A stretch of 64,000 bases of DNA, counting the filler, from Stramenopiles sp. TOSAG23-6 (Eukaryota): the NCBI GenBank assembly GCA_900128565.1. It is 8 parts of 8 records of this genome, joined end to end, with 100 filler letters (N's around TTAATTAATTAA, not from the genome) between each part and the next. Parts side by side here need not be neighbours in the genome. Positions count along the whole stretch, not along the records: positions 1 to 7,997 come from LT636488.1; positions 8,098 to 16,094 come from LT636489.1; 6 more parts are not named here. The stretch is one strand, 5' to 3'. The first letter of the stretch is position 1, and each line of letters starts with the position of its first letter. The position numbers and the translations under genes are program-made. The notes beneath the pieces were generated by a model. It worked only from the letters and a program-made list of their open reading frames with translations, had not been told where the DNA came from and did not search any database. Below are positions 1 through 11,256 of the stretch, one piece after another.

Positions 1-27
1 GCACTGTGGGCTATAAAAACCTTAACT

Positions 28-3000
28 CTAATCTATGCTACTAGAACTTTCATCAAAATCATCATCATAAATTAAGCCAGGTAAAAAAAGTTTAACTTTT
101 GATATTTCATCAATGGTCAAATGAATCTTTTGTATAGTGGCAACCTGAAGTTCTTTAATCGCATTCATTGTATTATGCATTTCAACCATTGCCGTATTCG
201 TTTGTGTTTCTATTTGTTTCATAGTTTTACTTACTAAACGTATTTGTGTAATATCTACACCACTACCTATTATAATTTTATGCTTTTCAGGAATAATACT
301 ACATTTCATGTCAAATTCCCATTTCTTTAACAAAAAATCAGATGGAAAAGTTATTTCTTGTAATTCTCTAAATATACGTTCTGCTTCTGAAAATGCAGTT
401 CCATCAATCATCGCTAATAATTCTGGATCTGCATTTATATATTCAGCTAATTGTCTTTCATATATGTATGGAAAATGTATTAGAACTTCATAAGACTGCC
501 TCCATTTTTTTAATTTACTTTTTAATTTACTTAATGAAATACGACGCGTATTTCTGTTAAGTAATAAATTTCGAATAAAAATAGCTTTACTTTTCACAAA
601 ATTGATAATTGTATGAAGAATCGTGGCTATTAGATTTCCATTCCTTATTTGTTTCATTAAGCTTTTAAGAAGCCGTTTAGAAGTTGACGATCGTATCAAC
701 GTACCAATCTTTCCTTCATTGTAAATAAATCGGTATTTTTTCCAATTTGCAATCATATAACAAGAAATAATACAAACCAAAAAATATCTAAATACAATGA
801 TATACGAAATGAAATAAAGAAATAATACTGAAACTGTATTATCATTCATATTTTTTTCATCTTTCAAATGTAGAAAAATATTATTATTTAAGATGCCTAA
901 GCTAAGATTAGAAATTGTTGCAGAAAGAGTTGAAAATCTATGCGAATTAAAAACAAAGCAAAAGTATCCAAATACAGTAAATGCTGCAAAAATTGATCCT
1001 ATAGTAAACATAATTGTTATAATTTCTTTCCATGATTTGACTAAAATATGCACAAATGTCCTAAGAAAATCAGAATAGGGTGTATATTTCAATACACGGA
1101 ATGTCAAAAGTAGAATAACAAATGATAATCGTAAATGTTGACGTTCAATAGCATCAAAAGCAGTTTCCATATCTTGATAATTGTTCATTGTGAAGGCTTG
1201 TCTTAGTTTTTCATCCATATTTAATGTGTGAAGATCCCAATGAAAGGCTAATTCTTGAACTACATACACGGTAATAAATACAGCTATATCATAAAAGGCA
1301 AATATAATTTCATAATAGAATTCTGTAGTTTGTTTTCGCCAATCGAGTATTTCTCTCCTTGACTGATATACTGTAAGTATCGACAATGTGATTAAAGGGA
1401 GCACCAGAAAAAAACGTACAATAATATTTGAAGTATTTAAATGAAGCAATGAATCATTTGTTGGTGTCAGCCAAGCAATGTTTGCATTCCAATGAGGAAC
1501 AACTAAACCTTCAGGTCCAATTTCAAACCAAACTTTAACAAGACATAAAGCATGAGCATCATGAATGTAATAAGTGATTTTGAAAAATATTGCTCGTGTT
1601 GCTAGTCCTAAGAAGTGTTTCAAATCTCCAATTTCAGCTTTGATTTGTTCAGCGGATTTATCATACCGTAAAGTATGTAAAAATCCTGAACCATCATATG
1701 TAGCATAGAGTCCATCTGATGACATTGCATCTGTTTCTGTAGACCGGAACCAATTGTATTCACATCTATAATCTCGTGCATTACTACTTTTGTAAGTTTC
1801 ATGCACAGTATGAATAAGTTTATAACATTCCAGCTGACGATGTTCCTCCTTTAAATCCTTCGATGCAATGTATCCACATGTTTCTGTGTTTTTAATATTT
1901 TTATTATGCAAATCACAATGATTAATATCAACATAACACCACACTTGATCACAAGTTTGATCTCTAGCAGCATTTAATTCACCAGTCGTTTGGTTCAAAC
2001 AATTTGTTGAGTCTAATATATTGTAATTAAAGCACCCTTGATAACCCAATTCGTCTGACTCTTTGATAATACATTTACAAGATGGATTTTCAACATACCG
2101 ACAAACACCGAAAACTTCATTTATTTTTTCACTTGCACCATTACAAACCCCACCATTTGGTGCACAATCATTTGTTGTGACACAATTTAAATCCACTGAA
2201 ATACTACACTTTCCAATGACAGGGTCTACAGCAGGTTTATATCCAATACATTGTTTTTCACTTGGTGTTAGTATATAGTGAGATCTTTTAATACAATCAT
2301 TTGTAGTTCTACATCCTACAACACAAATTCCATACGTTGCACCTGTTTTTTTTATACAATTTGATAATTTATTTCTCAGTAGTCCCTGTTCTGATGTACA
2401 ATCTGAATCTTTCGTACAAGAAATTTTACATACTTTATTTGTAGTTGTTGTTGCTGGATTTTCTGATACACAACTTCCGATACCACACTCGGCTGGACTA
2501 ACACACTGTGTTTTGTTAGCATTATCTGCAATTATGTCTGAATTAGTTCCTATAATATTAGTTTTCACTCGACTAATTCCTCCAAATTCTTCAAGATTGG
2601 CAACATTATAACTATACCTAGGAAAGTTCTGATTACTTAGTCGTACTGGGCGTTTGATTGGTTTATTTCTATCATTTATTACAGTTCCAAAATAATTTTG
2701 GGTTGTTTCATCCTGAGGCATTTTTTGCACACGTACTTGACGAACTCGAACTCCCCACATTCCAATCATTCCATTTTTATTTTCTTTGTCTTCCTGCTTT
2801 TCATTTTGGGTATGAAATAATTCTGGGACAATGATTTCTTCTACATATGCCCAAATATTAGGGATTATATCAACTTTTTCCAAGGTCAAATTTTCACTAC
2901 CTTGGTGTTCCGTGGTAAAGGGAGCATATCTCAACATCTTTTCTACACGATCAATTATAAGAAATTTTTCGGCAGGACGTACAGTATCAACGATTGCAAT

Positions 3001-3159
3001 AATACTAGAAACCAAAGCAATTACATAGAAAAGTATATCAAGTCGTCTCAAACGTAACTTTTGTGTTTTATCAAACCACTTGTCAAAGTCGTCGAGACCA
3101 ATCATTCCAACGTCTTCAAGAGAATCAACAGACTCTAACACGGAACTTTGGGTACTCAT
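28..3159 (-). CDS. Polycystin-2 (PKD2/TRPP)-like cation channel with a large Cys-rich insertion
   Basis: Intronless 1043-aa ORF. PKD2 TOP-domain-like motifs GVRVRQVRV, GLYATYDGSGF, TRAIFFKITYY and CLVKVWFEIGPEG, followed by several TM helices and a C-terminal coiled coil. Confidence 0.8.
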   Translation of the reverse strand: MSTQSSVLESVDSLEDVGMIGLDDFDKWFDKTQKLRLRRLDILFYVIALVSSIIAIVDTVRPAEKFLIIDRVEKMLRYAPFTTEHQGSENLTLEKVDIIPNIWAYVEEIIVPELFHTQNEKQEDKENKNGMIGMWGVRVRQVRVQKMPQDETTQNYFGTVINDRNKPIKRPVRLSNQNFPRYSYNVANLEEFGGISRVKTNIIGTNSDIIADNANKTQCVSPAECGIGSCVSENPATTTTNKVCKISCTKDSDCTSEQGLLRNKLSNCIKKTGATYGICVVGCRTTNDCIKRSHYILTPSEKQCIGYKPAVDPVIGKCSISVDLNCVTTNDCAPNGGVCNGASEKINEVFGVCRYVENPSCKCIIKESDELGYQGCFNYNILDSTNCLNQTTGELNAARDQTCDQVWCYVDINHCDLHNKNIKNTETCGYIASKDLKEEHRQLECYKLIHTVHETYKSSNARDYRCEYNWFRSTETDAMSSDGLYATYDGSGFLHTLRYDKSAEQIKAEIGDLKHFLGLATRAIFFKITYYIHDAHALCLVKVWFEIGPEGLVVPHWNANIAWLTPTNDSLLHLNTSNIIVRFFLVLPLITLSILTVYQSRREILDWRKQTTEFYYEIIFAFYDIAVFITVYVVQELAFHWDLHTLNMDEKLRQAFTMNNYQDMETAFDAIERQHLRLSFVILLLTFRVLKYTPYSDFLRTFVHILVKSWKEIITIMFTIGSIFAAFTVFGYFCFVFNSHRFSTLSATISNLSLGILNNNIFLHLKDEKNMNDNTVSVLFLYFISYIIVFRYFLVCIISCYMIANWKKYRFIYNEGKIGTLIRSSTSKRLLKSLMKQIRNGNLIATILHTIINFVKSKAIFIRNLLLNRNTRRISLSKLKSKLKKWRQSYEVLIHFPYIYERQLAEYINADPELLAMIDGTAFSEAERIFRELQEITFPSDFLLKKWEFDMKCSIIPEKHKIIIGSGVDITQIRLVSKTMKQIETQTNTAMVEMHNTMNAIKELQVATIQKIHLTIDEISKVKLFLPGLIYDDDFDESSSSID

Positions 3160-3860
3160 TTCAAATATAAAGCGTTTAAGATTTTTTCATACTTCAAGTG
3201 TAAGAGGAAAGTCAAATGTCAATCAATTGCAAAGTTTTAGGCTTTGAAGAAAGAAGATGAGAGAGGAGGAGGAGGAGAGGAGGAGGAGGAGAGAGTGTTG
3301 TTGTTTCAAAATTTCAAATTGAAATAATAATCTCCGCCCGGAGCGGGAAAAAAAAGATAAATTGCAAATTGGAATTATTTTGCGATTTTGTAATTTGAAA
3401 TTTGAAATTTTGAATTTATTTTCTGTTTTTGACGACTAATGTCTCATTCATCAATTGGCCATACTATAATATGCTTTGAATATAACTACCTAATTGACGA
3501 ATCGTGTACTATATGGAAATACTGCACACACAATGAAAAATTGAATATTAATAGAAAGAAAAAAGTTTCAATTTTATTTCTCTTTTTTCCAGTTCTATTT
3601 GAATATCATAATATATCAACCCACTGAACATCTTTCATAAATTTTTATCGCCTTTACGAAGACAAATTGAAACGATATTGATGGATTTGTGAGTGTTTAT
3701 TCCACACACGTAACTTATTCATTTCAATTTGTGTCTCACACGTAATTTATTCACTCCAATTTGTAATCCATTTGCAAGTTTTGTAAGTTCTTCGAGTTCT
3801 GGTTCAATAATTTGTAATTGACCTTTACCAACCCTTCTAAAAACGACGTTCATTGTCGAA

Positions 3861-4277
3861 TTAGGTCGCCTTTCTCTTTTNGAGATTTTTTTTTNGNCTT
3901 NCANGTAAGCATGTGGGACGATGTCGTCTCCGTATTCTTCGTGGTTGACTGACATCAGCCACTGGTTGACAAGGGATACAACAAGGGATACAATGACAAT
4001 TTCGCCCGAAAAAAGATGTAATACGCATCTGTTTTATGTCGCCTCTTTTATCTTGAGGNAGTNAATNTTGTGGTAGTGCAGTCCACTCGTTTGTANTATC
4101 TGGATTTNTATCGTCAGCACCAGAGATTTCCATATCCCTTCCCTTTATTAAAGTCTCTGAAGGGGTTTCTGTTTCCATGGTCATTTGCTTGANTGAAGTA
4201 TCTGCAGCATGAACAACACTAAGCGCATAACAGAATATNCAAAGCATGTACGTGAATCTATTATAAAATGTTGACAT
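3861..4277 (-). CDS. Hypothetical small protein with possible signal peptide; 3' structure uncertain because of Ns
   Basis: ORF with hydrophobic N-terminus and a CHCIPCCIPC motif; an overlapping ORF at 3719-3955 suggests a frame ambiguity in an N-rich homopolymer. Confidence 0.3.
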   Translation of the reverse strand: MSTFYNRFTYMLXIFCYALSVVHAADTSXKQMTMETETPSETLIKGRDMEISGADDXNPDXTNEWTALPQXXXPQDKRGDIKQMRITSFFGRNCHCIPCCIPCQPVADVSQPRRIRRRHRPTCLXXXXKKNLXKRKAT

Positions 4278-4594
4278 AATTGGTTTAATATTCAATGGTA
4301 TAGCAGTNCTCTTGGTGTAGTTGTCGAAGTTGTCTTGTCTTGCTTTTTTTAGAGTGGTACTTTGCTGACTCTGACTAATGATAATATCAGATTCGAACCC
4401 GAACCCTAACCCTAGTAATAATTATACGCAATCGCAATCGAGATACAAAAATAACTAGGGTTAGGGTTACTCCCGGAGATTTTCAATTTCCGTTTCGTCT
4501 TTTTATCAATTATTTACATAATACATCCCAATCTTTTTCTCATCTACATAAAAAAGCAAGTTCTTTTATTGTTTGAACATTCAACGNCATTCAA

Positions 4595-6712
4595 ATGAAA
4601 ATCCAACCAGAGAGTACATCTGGTAATAGTGCAAATGCATATTTACTACAATCCAAAGTAGCCGAACATGGAGTAGTAGCTATAAAAGAAGAAAAAACTT
4701 CATTGGAAGAGGCTCGAGAAGAGTCTGACGCTCGTTTGTTACAACAGGCAAAAGAGATGAATTCTACTAATTCTACGAATAAACAAGAACTTAAGCAAGG
4801 ACCTATGGGTACTTCAACGAACGCAATGCCCAAAGGTCAATATTTTATAAATCCATATTCAGATTTTATGAAAAAATGGGACAATTTCATTATGATATTA
4901 TTATTATTTACCGCTGCTGTTACTCCTTTTGAAGTTGCTTTNATGGGTGAAACAAGAGTAGATTTATTATTTTTTGTGAATAGAATTGTTGATTTAGGTT
5001 TCACAGTGGATATGTTTTTTCAATTTAATCTTGGATTTCCAGATCCTGAAACAAATGAAATCATTTATCATCATGGCGCAATTGCACATCGATACTTAAC
5101 AACGTGGTTTTTGATAGATTTTGTATCAATTTTACCATTTGATATTGTAGCAATGAATATTAATACAGAAGATATGGATGTATCTCAATTAAAGATTGTT
5201 CGTACAATTCGTTTGTTGAGATTGATTAAGTTGTTGCGTGTGNTGAGGTCATCAAGAATATTAAAAAGAATTGAACATTCTTTAGGTTGGTCCTTTGTCA
5301 CATTTGCTTTAATTAAATTTGTTATTGCATTATTTGTTACGATGCATTGGGTTGCATGTATTTGGGGTATATGTCCATCAATGTCATCATCCGCATTAAA
5401 TTGGTATACAGAATTTGGTATGGAATATGCAACTACAGGAGATCGTTATGCTGCTGCTGTAGAATTTGCTATGATGTCATTTGTTGTAGGATATGGATCA
5501 TTTACACCAACTACGACAGGTGAACGTGTTGTTGCTTTATTCTGTATGTTTTTATCAGGTAGTATATACGCTTATATTATTGGTGCAATATGTCAGGCAG
5601 TGTCGATGAGAGATCCAGGAACTCAAAAATTTCATCAAACTATGGATTTATTAAATATGTACATGACAGAAATCAGAATGCCACCAGATGATCGAATTCG
5701 TATGAGAGAATTTGTACATAATTGTAAAGGTTTACAAAGACAAGAATTTTATCAAGAAGTTCTTCGAGTCTTATCACCAAAATTACAGGGTGAATTTGCA
5801 ATGCGTACAACAGGTCAATGGATTGAACAAGTTCCATTTTTTTGTTGTGACGAAACAGAAGAGAGAAGGCGATTTGTAGTTGATGTTGCATTAACGTTAA
5901 GTCGTAGAGCATATACTCGTGGTGAAATTTTATTTAAGATAAATGAAACAGCAGATTTGATGTTTATAGTTGCTCAAGGTGTGATTGGTGCAAAAGGNAG
6001 TATACTTCGATCAGGTGATTTTGTNGGCGAAGATATGATTATGCAGANTGGTCTACGTACGTATAGAGCAACGGCAATGACATTTGTTGATACGCAAACA
6101 CTTTCAAGAGATAACTTATTTAGAGTATTAGAAAGAGGTGATTTTCCTGAAACAGAAAAANTAATTCATATTGCAGCACTTCGATTAGCAATCAAAAGAT
6201 ACTTTAAAAAATTGGTGACTACTATACAGTCGGGTNATGCTTTCGCAAGCAAGAAAAAAATGACGGAAGAAGAAATTTCAGAGTGGAAACTTCAAATGAA
6301 AAAAAAATCATCAGAAAAGTCATTATTGGCTTCTCCACTAGGAAAAAGAAAAAAACAGAAAGAAGAAAAAACAGAAAGTGATGAAAAAGTACATGCAGAT
6401 CCAATTCGATCTTGTTTACAAGAATCAATTACAAAAGAAGTAGACTTAAATTCTTTATTACAAAAGCTTGAAAATATGTCCCGTGGAATAAAGCTTTTAC
6501 AATCTGCAGTTACAGCTACTGCACAAAATATCCATGAATTACAGTCTGATTTTAGTACACATTTAGGTATTGGAAAAGATACAAGAAATGTTGAGTCTAG
6601 AAAATATCCAGAAATTAATGGTGATGATGAAAGTTGGAGNCCATCAACACCAAATATACAAAATATCGATATTTTGGAAGATTTGAAAGAGGGTATTTCA
6701 CGTCGTATTTAA
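4595..6712 (+). CDS. Voltage-gated K+ channel with cyclic-nucleotide-binding domain (KCNH/HCN/plant Shaker-like)
   Basis: INPYSDFMKKWD, YLTTWFLIDFVSILPFD, S4 RTIRLLRLIKLLR, HWVACIW, GYG pore, C-linker and CNBD (GDFXGE...RTYRATA). Confidence 0.9.
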   Translation: MKIQPESTSGNSANAYLLQSKVAEHGVVAIKEEKTSLEEAREESDARLLQQAKEMNSTNSTNKQELKQGPMGTSTNAMPKGQYFINPYSDFMKKWDNFIMILLLFTAAVTPFEVAXMGETRVDLLFFVNRIVDLGFTVDMFFQFNLGFPDPETNEIIYHHGAIAHRYLTTWFLIDFVSILPFDIVAMNINTEDMDVSQLKIVRTIRLLRLIKLLRVXRSSRILKRIEHSLGWSFVTFALIKFVIALFVTMHWVACIWGICPSMSSSALNWYTEFGMEYATTGDRYAAAVEFAMMSFVVGYGSFTPTTTGERVVALFCMFLSGSIYAYIIGAICQAVSMRDPGTQKFHQTMDLLNMYMTEIRMPPDDRIRMREFVHNCKGLQRQEFYQEVLRVLSPKLQGEFAMRTTGQWIEQVPFFCCDETEERRRFVVDVALTLSRRAYTRGEILFKINETADLMFIVAQGVIGAKXSILRSGDFXGEDMIMQXGLRTYRATAMTFVDTQTLSRDNLFRVLERGDFPETEKXIHIAALRLAIKRYFKKLVTTIQSGXAFASKKKMTEEEISEWKLQMKKKSSEKSLLASPLGKRKKQKEEKTESDEKVHADPIRSCLQESITKEVDLNSLLQKLENMSRGIKLLQSAVTATAQNIHELQSDFSTHLGIGKDTRNVESRKYPEINGDDESWXPSTPNIQNIDILEDLKEGISRRI

Positions 6713-6934
6713 ATGTAGTAAAAAAAAANTAAAAAAATCTTTTTTTTACTAGCATTTGCTGTTCTGTTAAACTGAATTTCGGAATTTATTTTTTAATTTA
6801 TTTTTTCGGAATTTTTCCAAGATCTCTCAGATCGTCTAAAAACGAGTCTAAAAAGTATCTTTTTTTACTCGAAAAACTTTCACAAATAACATTACACATG
6901 GTTGCTATAATNTACAAGTAGTGTAGTACATTAA

Positions 6935-7546
6935 ATGGCTAGCATTTATCACGAGCATATCGCTTGGAAAAAGAAAATTTACGCCGACCGAAAGAAACGT
7001 AAAGCAAAAAAACTTCAAGAAGAGCGAGCGAAGCATCAAGAGTCTTGCACATTTAAGCCAACTATTACTGAATATAAACCTCATGTTCAACAAAAGGTAA
7101 GTATTCCCCAGCACAAATCTTGTTTGCAACACAAATGGCGACAAGANCGGGCGCGAATACAACGAAAACAAGAGGAAGAATTGANACAGCATAGAAGTTA
7201 TGCGTCAAGCCGAGGAGTTACTAAATCAAACTGGGACTCAAGTTCTTCACAAAAAAAAACTGAGAAGCTACAACAAAATTCAAATAATCATTTAAATAAT
7301 AGTAAANAAAGNCATGACCTGTCAAAAAAGACNAAAAAAGAGCTACTTATGTACGCTATTACTTTAAAAAAGGATCATGAATATAAGCTGAAAGAACAAG
7401 AACTTTTTCTCCGAGACAAATTCCAGAAAAGACTTCATGATCTTTCAGTACAATGGATGCAGAGTAAAGATAATCTTTTACAACGCATAAATAAGTTAGA
7501 AAAGTATTTTCAAGAAAGTGNAGATTATAATCAAGGCAATAAATAA
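6935..7546 (+). CDS. Hypothetical basic coiled-coil protein (CTFKP motif)
   Basis: 203-aa ORF with coiled-coil composition. Confidence 0.55.
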   Translation: MASIYHEHIAWKKKIYADRKKRKAKKLQEERAKHQESCTFKPTITEYKPHVQQKVSIPQHKSCLQHKWRQXRARIQRKQEEELXQHRSYASSRGVTKSNWDSSSSQKKTEKLQQNSNNHLNNSKXXHDLSKKXKKELLMYAITLKKDHEYKLKEQELFLRDKFQKRLHDLSVQWMQSKDNLLQRINKLEKYFQESXDYNQGNK

Positions 7547-7587
7547 ATTTATATGAGATTTTATCTATATTTCAAAACTAGTATACA

Positions 7588-7997
7588 TTATATTATATGA
7601 TCTGTAACTTCAAATNAAGTACTTAAACTATCCATCATGCTTATTGTTGCTTGTAGCTCAACTCTGGCTTTGCGCAACTCTTCACTTATATTGTTCTCAT
7701 CTTTTTGAAATTTTTTACTAACCTTGTTTACAATAGAATTTGTACCAATTGCTCCTTGTAAGGTTTCTTGAAGAGTCAGTTTTTGTACGCGTAATTTCAG
7801 TCTATTTCTATTACTTAATAAATTATCTAGAAGACTTATAGTAATACTACCATCTGATTTATTATTTGCATTATTTTCATTATTTTCATTGTATTGAATT
7901 TCTGATGTATTAAAATCCAATAGTTCAGATGATTTTGGTTGTGTATTAATAAAATTATTCGATGTATTGTTTATGTGGTCTGTATTATTATTATTAT
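7588..7997 (-). CDS. Hypothetical protein, 3' fragment (5' end beyond contig edge)
   Basis: Asn-rich then helical ORF running toward the contig end. Confidence 0.4.
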
Positions 7998-8097
7998 NNN
8001 NNNNNNNNNNNNNNNNNNNNNNNNNNNNNNNNNNNNNNNNNTTAATTAATTAANNNNNNNNNNNNNNNNNNNNNNNNNNNNNNNNNNNNNNNNNNNN
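7998..8097. other. Artificial contig spacer
   Basis: N44-TTAATTAATTAA-N44, with stops in all six frames. Confidence 0.98.
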
Positions 8098-8124
8098 GCA
8101 CTGTGGGCTATAAAAACCTTAACT

Positions 8125-11100
8125 CTAATCTATGCTACTAGAACTTTCATCAAAATCATCATCATAAATTAAGCCAGGTAAAAAAAGTTTAACTTTTGAT
8201 ATTTCATCAATGGTCAAATGAATCTTTTGTATAGTGGCAACCTGAAGTTCTTTAATCGCATTCATTGTATTATGCATTTCAACCATTGCCGTATTCGTTT
8301 GTGTTTCTATTTGTTTCATAGTTTTACTTACTAAACGTATTTGTGTAATATCTACACCACTACCTATTATAATTTTATGCTTTTCAGGAATAATACTACA
8401 TTTCATGTCAAATTCCCATTTCTTTAACAAAAAATCAGATGGAAAAGTTATTTCTTGTAATTCTCTAAATATACGTTCTGCTTCTGAAAATGCAGTTCCA
8501 TCAATCATCGCTAATAATTCTGGATCTGCATTTATATATTCAGCTAATTGTCTTTCATATATGTATGGAAAATGTATTAGAACTTCATAAGACTGCCTCC
8601 ATTTTTTTAATTTACTTTTTAATTTACTTAATGAAATACGACGCGTATTTCTGTTAAGTAATAAATTTCGAATAAAAATAGCTTTACTTTTCACAAAATT
8701 GATAATTGTATGAAGAATCGTGGCTATTAGATTTCCATTCCTTATTTGTTTCATTAAGCTTTTAAGAAGCCGTTTAGAAGTTGACGATCGTATCAACGTA
8801 CCAATCTTTCCTTCATTGTAAATAAATCGGTATTTTTTCCAATTTGCAATCATATAACAAGAAATAATACAAACCAAAAAATATCTAAATACAATGATAT
8901 ACGAAATGAAATAAAGAAATAATACTGAAACTGTATTATCATTCATATTTTTTTCATCTTTCAAATGTAGAAAAATATTATTATTTAAGATGCCTAAGCT
9001 AAGATTAGAAATTGTTGCAGAAAGAGTTGAAAATCTATGCGAATTAAAAACAAAGCAAAAGTATCCAAATACAGTAAATGCTGCAAAAATTGATCCTATA
9101 GTAAACATAATTGTTATAATTTCTTTCCATGATTTGACTAAAATATGCACAAATGTCCTAAGAAAATCAGAATAGGGTGTATATTTCAATACACGGAATG
9201 TCAAAAGTAGAATAACAAATGATAATCGTAAATGTTGACGTTCAATAGCATCAAAAGCAGTTTCCATATCTTGATAATTGTTCATTGTGAAGGCTTGTCT
9301 TAGTTTTTCATCCATATTTAATGTGTGAAGATCCCAATGAAAGGCTAATTCTTGAACTACATACACGGTAATAAATACAGCTATATCATAAAAGGCAAAT
9401 ATAATTTCATAATAGAATTCTGTAGTTTGTTTTCGCCAATCGAGTATTTCTCTCCTTGACTGATATACTGTAAGTATCGACAATGTGATTAAAGGGAGCA
9501 CCAGAAAAAAACGTACAATAATATTTGAAGTATTTAAATGAAGCAATGAATCATTTGTTGGTGTCAGCCAAGCAATGTTTGCATTCCAATGAGGAACAAC
9601 TAAACCTTCAGGTCCAATTTCAAACCAAACTTTAACAAGACATAAAGCATGAGCATCATGAATGTAATAAGTGATTTTGAAAAATATTGCTCGTGTTGCT
9701 AGTCCTAAGAAGTGTTTCAAATCTCCAATTTCAGCTTTGATTTGTTCAGCGGATTTATCATACCGTAAAGTATGTAAAAATCCTGAACCATCATATGTAG
9801 CATAGAGTCCATCTGATGACATTGCATCTGTTTCTGTAGACCGGAACCAATTGTATTCACATCTATAATCTCGTGCATTACTACTTTTGTAAGTTTCATG
9901 CACAGTATGAATAAGTTTATAACATTCCAGCTGACGATGTTCCTCCTTTAAATCCTTCGATGCAATGTATCCACATGTTTCTGTGTTTTTAATATTTTTA
10001 TTATGCAAATCACAATGATTAATATCAACATAACACCACACTTGATCACAAGTTTGATCTCTAGCAGCATTTAATTCACCAGTCGTTTGGTTCAAACAAT
10101 TTGTTGAGTCTAATATATTGTAATTAAAGCACCCTTGATAACCCAATTCGTCTGACTCTTTGATAATACATTTACAAGATGGATTTTCAACATACCGACA
10201 AACACCGAAAACTTCATTTATTTTTTCACTTGCACCATTACAAACCCCACCATTTGGTGCACAATCATTTGTTGTGACACAATTTAAATCCACTGAAATA
10301 CTACACTTTCCAATGACAGGGTCTACAGCAGGTTTATATCCAATACATTGTTTTTCACTTGGTGTTAGTATATAGTGAGATCTTTTAATACAATCATTTG
10401 TAGTTCTACATCCTACAACACAAATTCCATACGTTGCACCTGTTTTTTTTATACAATTTGATAATTTATTTCTCAGTAGTCCCTGTTCTGATGTACAATC
10501 TGAATCTTTCGTACAAGAAATTTTACATACTTTATTTGTAGTTGTTGTTGCTGGATTTTCTGATACACAACTTCCGATACCACACTCGGCTGGACTAACA
10601 CACTGTGTTTTGTTAGCATTATCTGCAATTATGTCTGAATTAGTTCCTATAATATTAGTTTTCACTCGACTAATTCCTCCAAATTCTTCAAGATTGGCAA
10701 CATTATAACTATACCTAGGAAAGTTCTGATTACTTAGTCGTACTGGGCGTTTGATTGGTTTATTTCTATCATTTATTACAGTTCCAAAATAATTTTGGGT
10801 TGTTTCATCCTGAGGCATTTTTTGCACACGTACTTGACGAACTCGAACTCCCCACATTCCAATCATTCCATTTTTATTTTCTTTGTCTTCCTGCTTTTCA
10901 TTTTGGGTATGAAATAATTCTGGGACAATGATTTCTTCTACATATGCCCAAATATTAGGGATTATATCAACTTTTTCCAAGGTCAAATTTTCACTACCTT
11001 GGTGTTCCGTGGTAAAGGGAGCATATCTCAACATCTTTTCTACACGATCAATTATAAGAAATTTTTCGGCAGGACGTACAGTATCAACGATTGCAATAAT

Positions 11101-11256
11101 ACTAGAAACCAAAGCAATTACATAGAAAAGTATATCAAGTCGTCTCAAACGTAACTTTTGTGTTTTATCAAACCACTTGTCAAAGTCGTCGAGACCAATC
11201 ATTCCAACGTCTTCAAGAGAATCAACAGACTCTAACACGGAACTTTGGGTACTCAT
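8125..11256 (-). CDS. PKD2-like channel (duplicate-contig copy)
   Basis: Identical to 28-3159. Confidence 0.8.
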   Translation of the reverse strand: MSTQSSVLESVDSLEDVGMIGLDDFDKWFDKTQKLRLRRLDILFYVIALVSSIIAIVDTVRPAEKFLIIDRVEKMLRYAPFTTEHQGSENLTLEKVDIIPNIWAYVEEIIVPELFHTQNEKQEDKENKNGMIGMWGVRVRQVRVQKMPQDETTQNYFGTVINDRNKPIKRPVRLSNQNFPRYSYNVANLEEFGGISRVKTNIIGTNSDIIADNANKTQCVSPAECGIGSCVSENPATTTTNKVCKISCTKDSDCTSEQGLLRNKLSNCIKKTGATYGICVVGCRTTNDCIKRSHYILTPSEKQCIGYKPAVDPVIGKCSISVDLNCVTTNDCAPNGGVCNGASEKINEVFGVCRYVENPSCKCIIKESDELGYQGCFNYNILDSTNCLNQTTGELNAARDQTCDQVWCYVDINHCDLHNKNIKNTETCGYIASKDLKEEHRQLECYKLIHTVHETYKSSNARDYRCEYNWFRSTETDAMSSDGLYATYDGSGFLHTLRYDKSAEQIKAEIGDLKHFLGLATRAIFFKITYYIHDAHALCLVKVWFEIGPEGLVVPHWNANIAWLTPTNDSLLHLNTSNIIVRFFLVLPLITLSILTVYQSRREILDWRKQTTEFYYEIIFAFYDIAVFITVYVVQELAFHWDLHTLNMDEKLRQAFTMNNYQDMETAFDAIERQHLRLSFVILLLTFRVLKYTPYSDFLRTFVHILVKSWKEIITIMFTIGSIFAAFTVFGYFCFVFNSHRFSTLSATISNLSLGILNNNIFLHLKDEKNMNDNTVSVLFLYFISYIIVFRYFLVCIISCYMIANWKKYRFIYNEGKIGTLIRSSTSKRLLKSLMKQIRNGNLIATILHTIINFVKSKAIFIRNLLLNRNTRRISLSKLKSKLKKWRQSYEVLIHFPYIYERQLAEYINADPELLAMIDGTAFSEAERIFRELQEITFPSDFLLKKWEFDMKCSIIPEKHKIIIGSGVDITQIRLVSKTMKQIETQTNTAMVEMHNTMNAIKELQVATIQKIHLTIDEISKVKLFLPGLIYDDDFDESSSSID

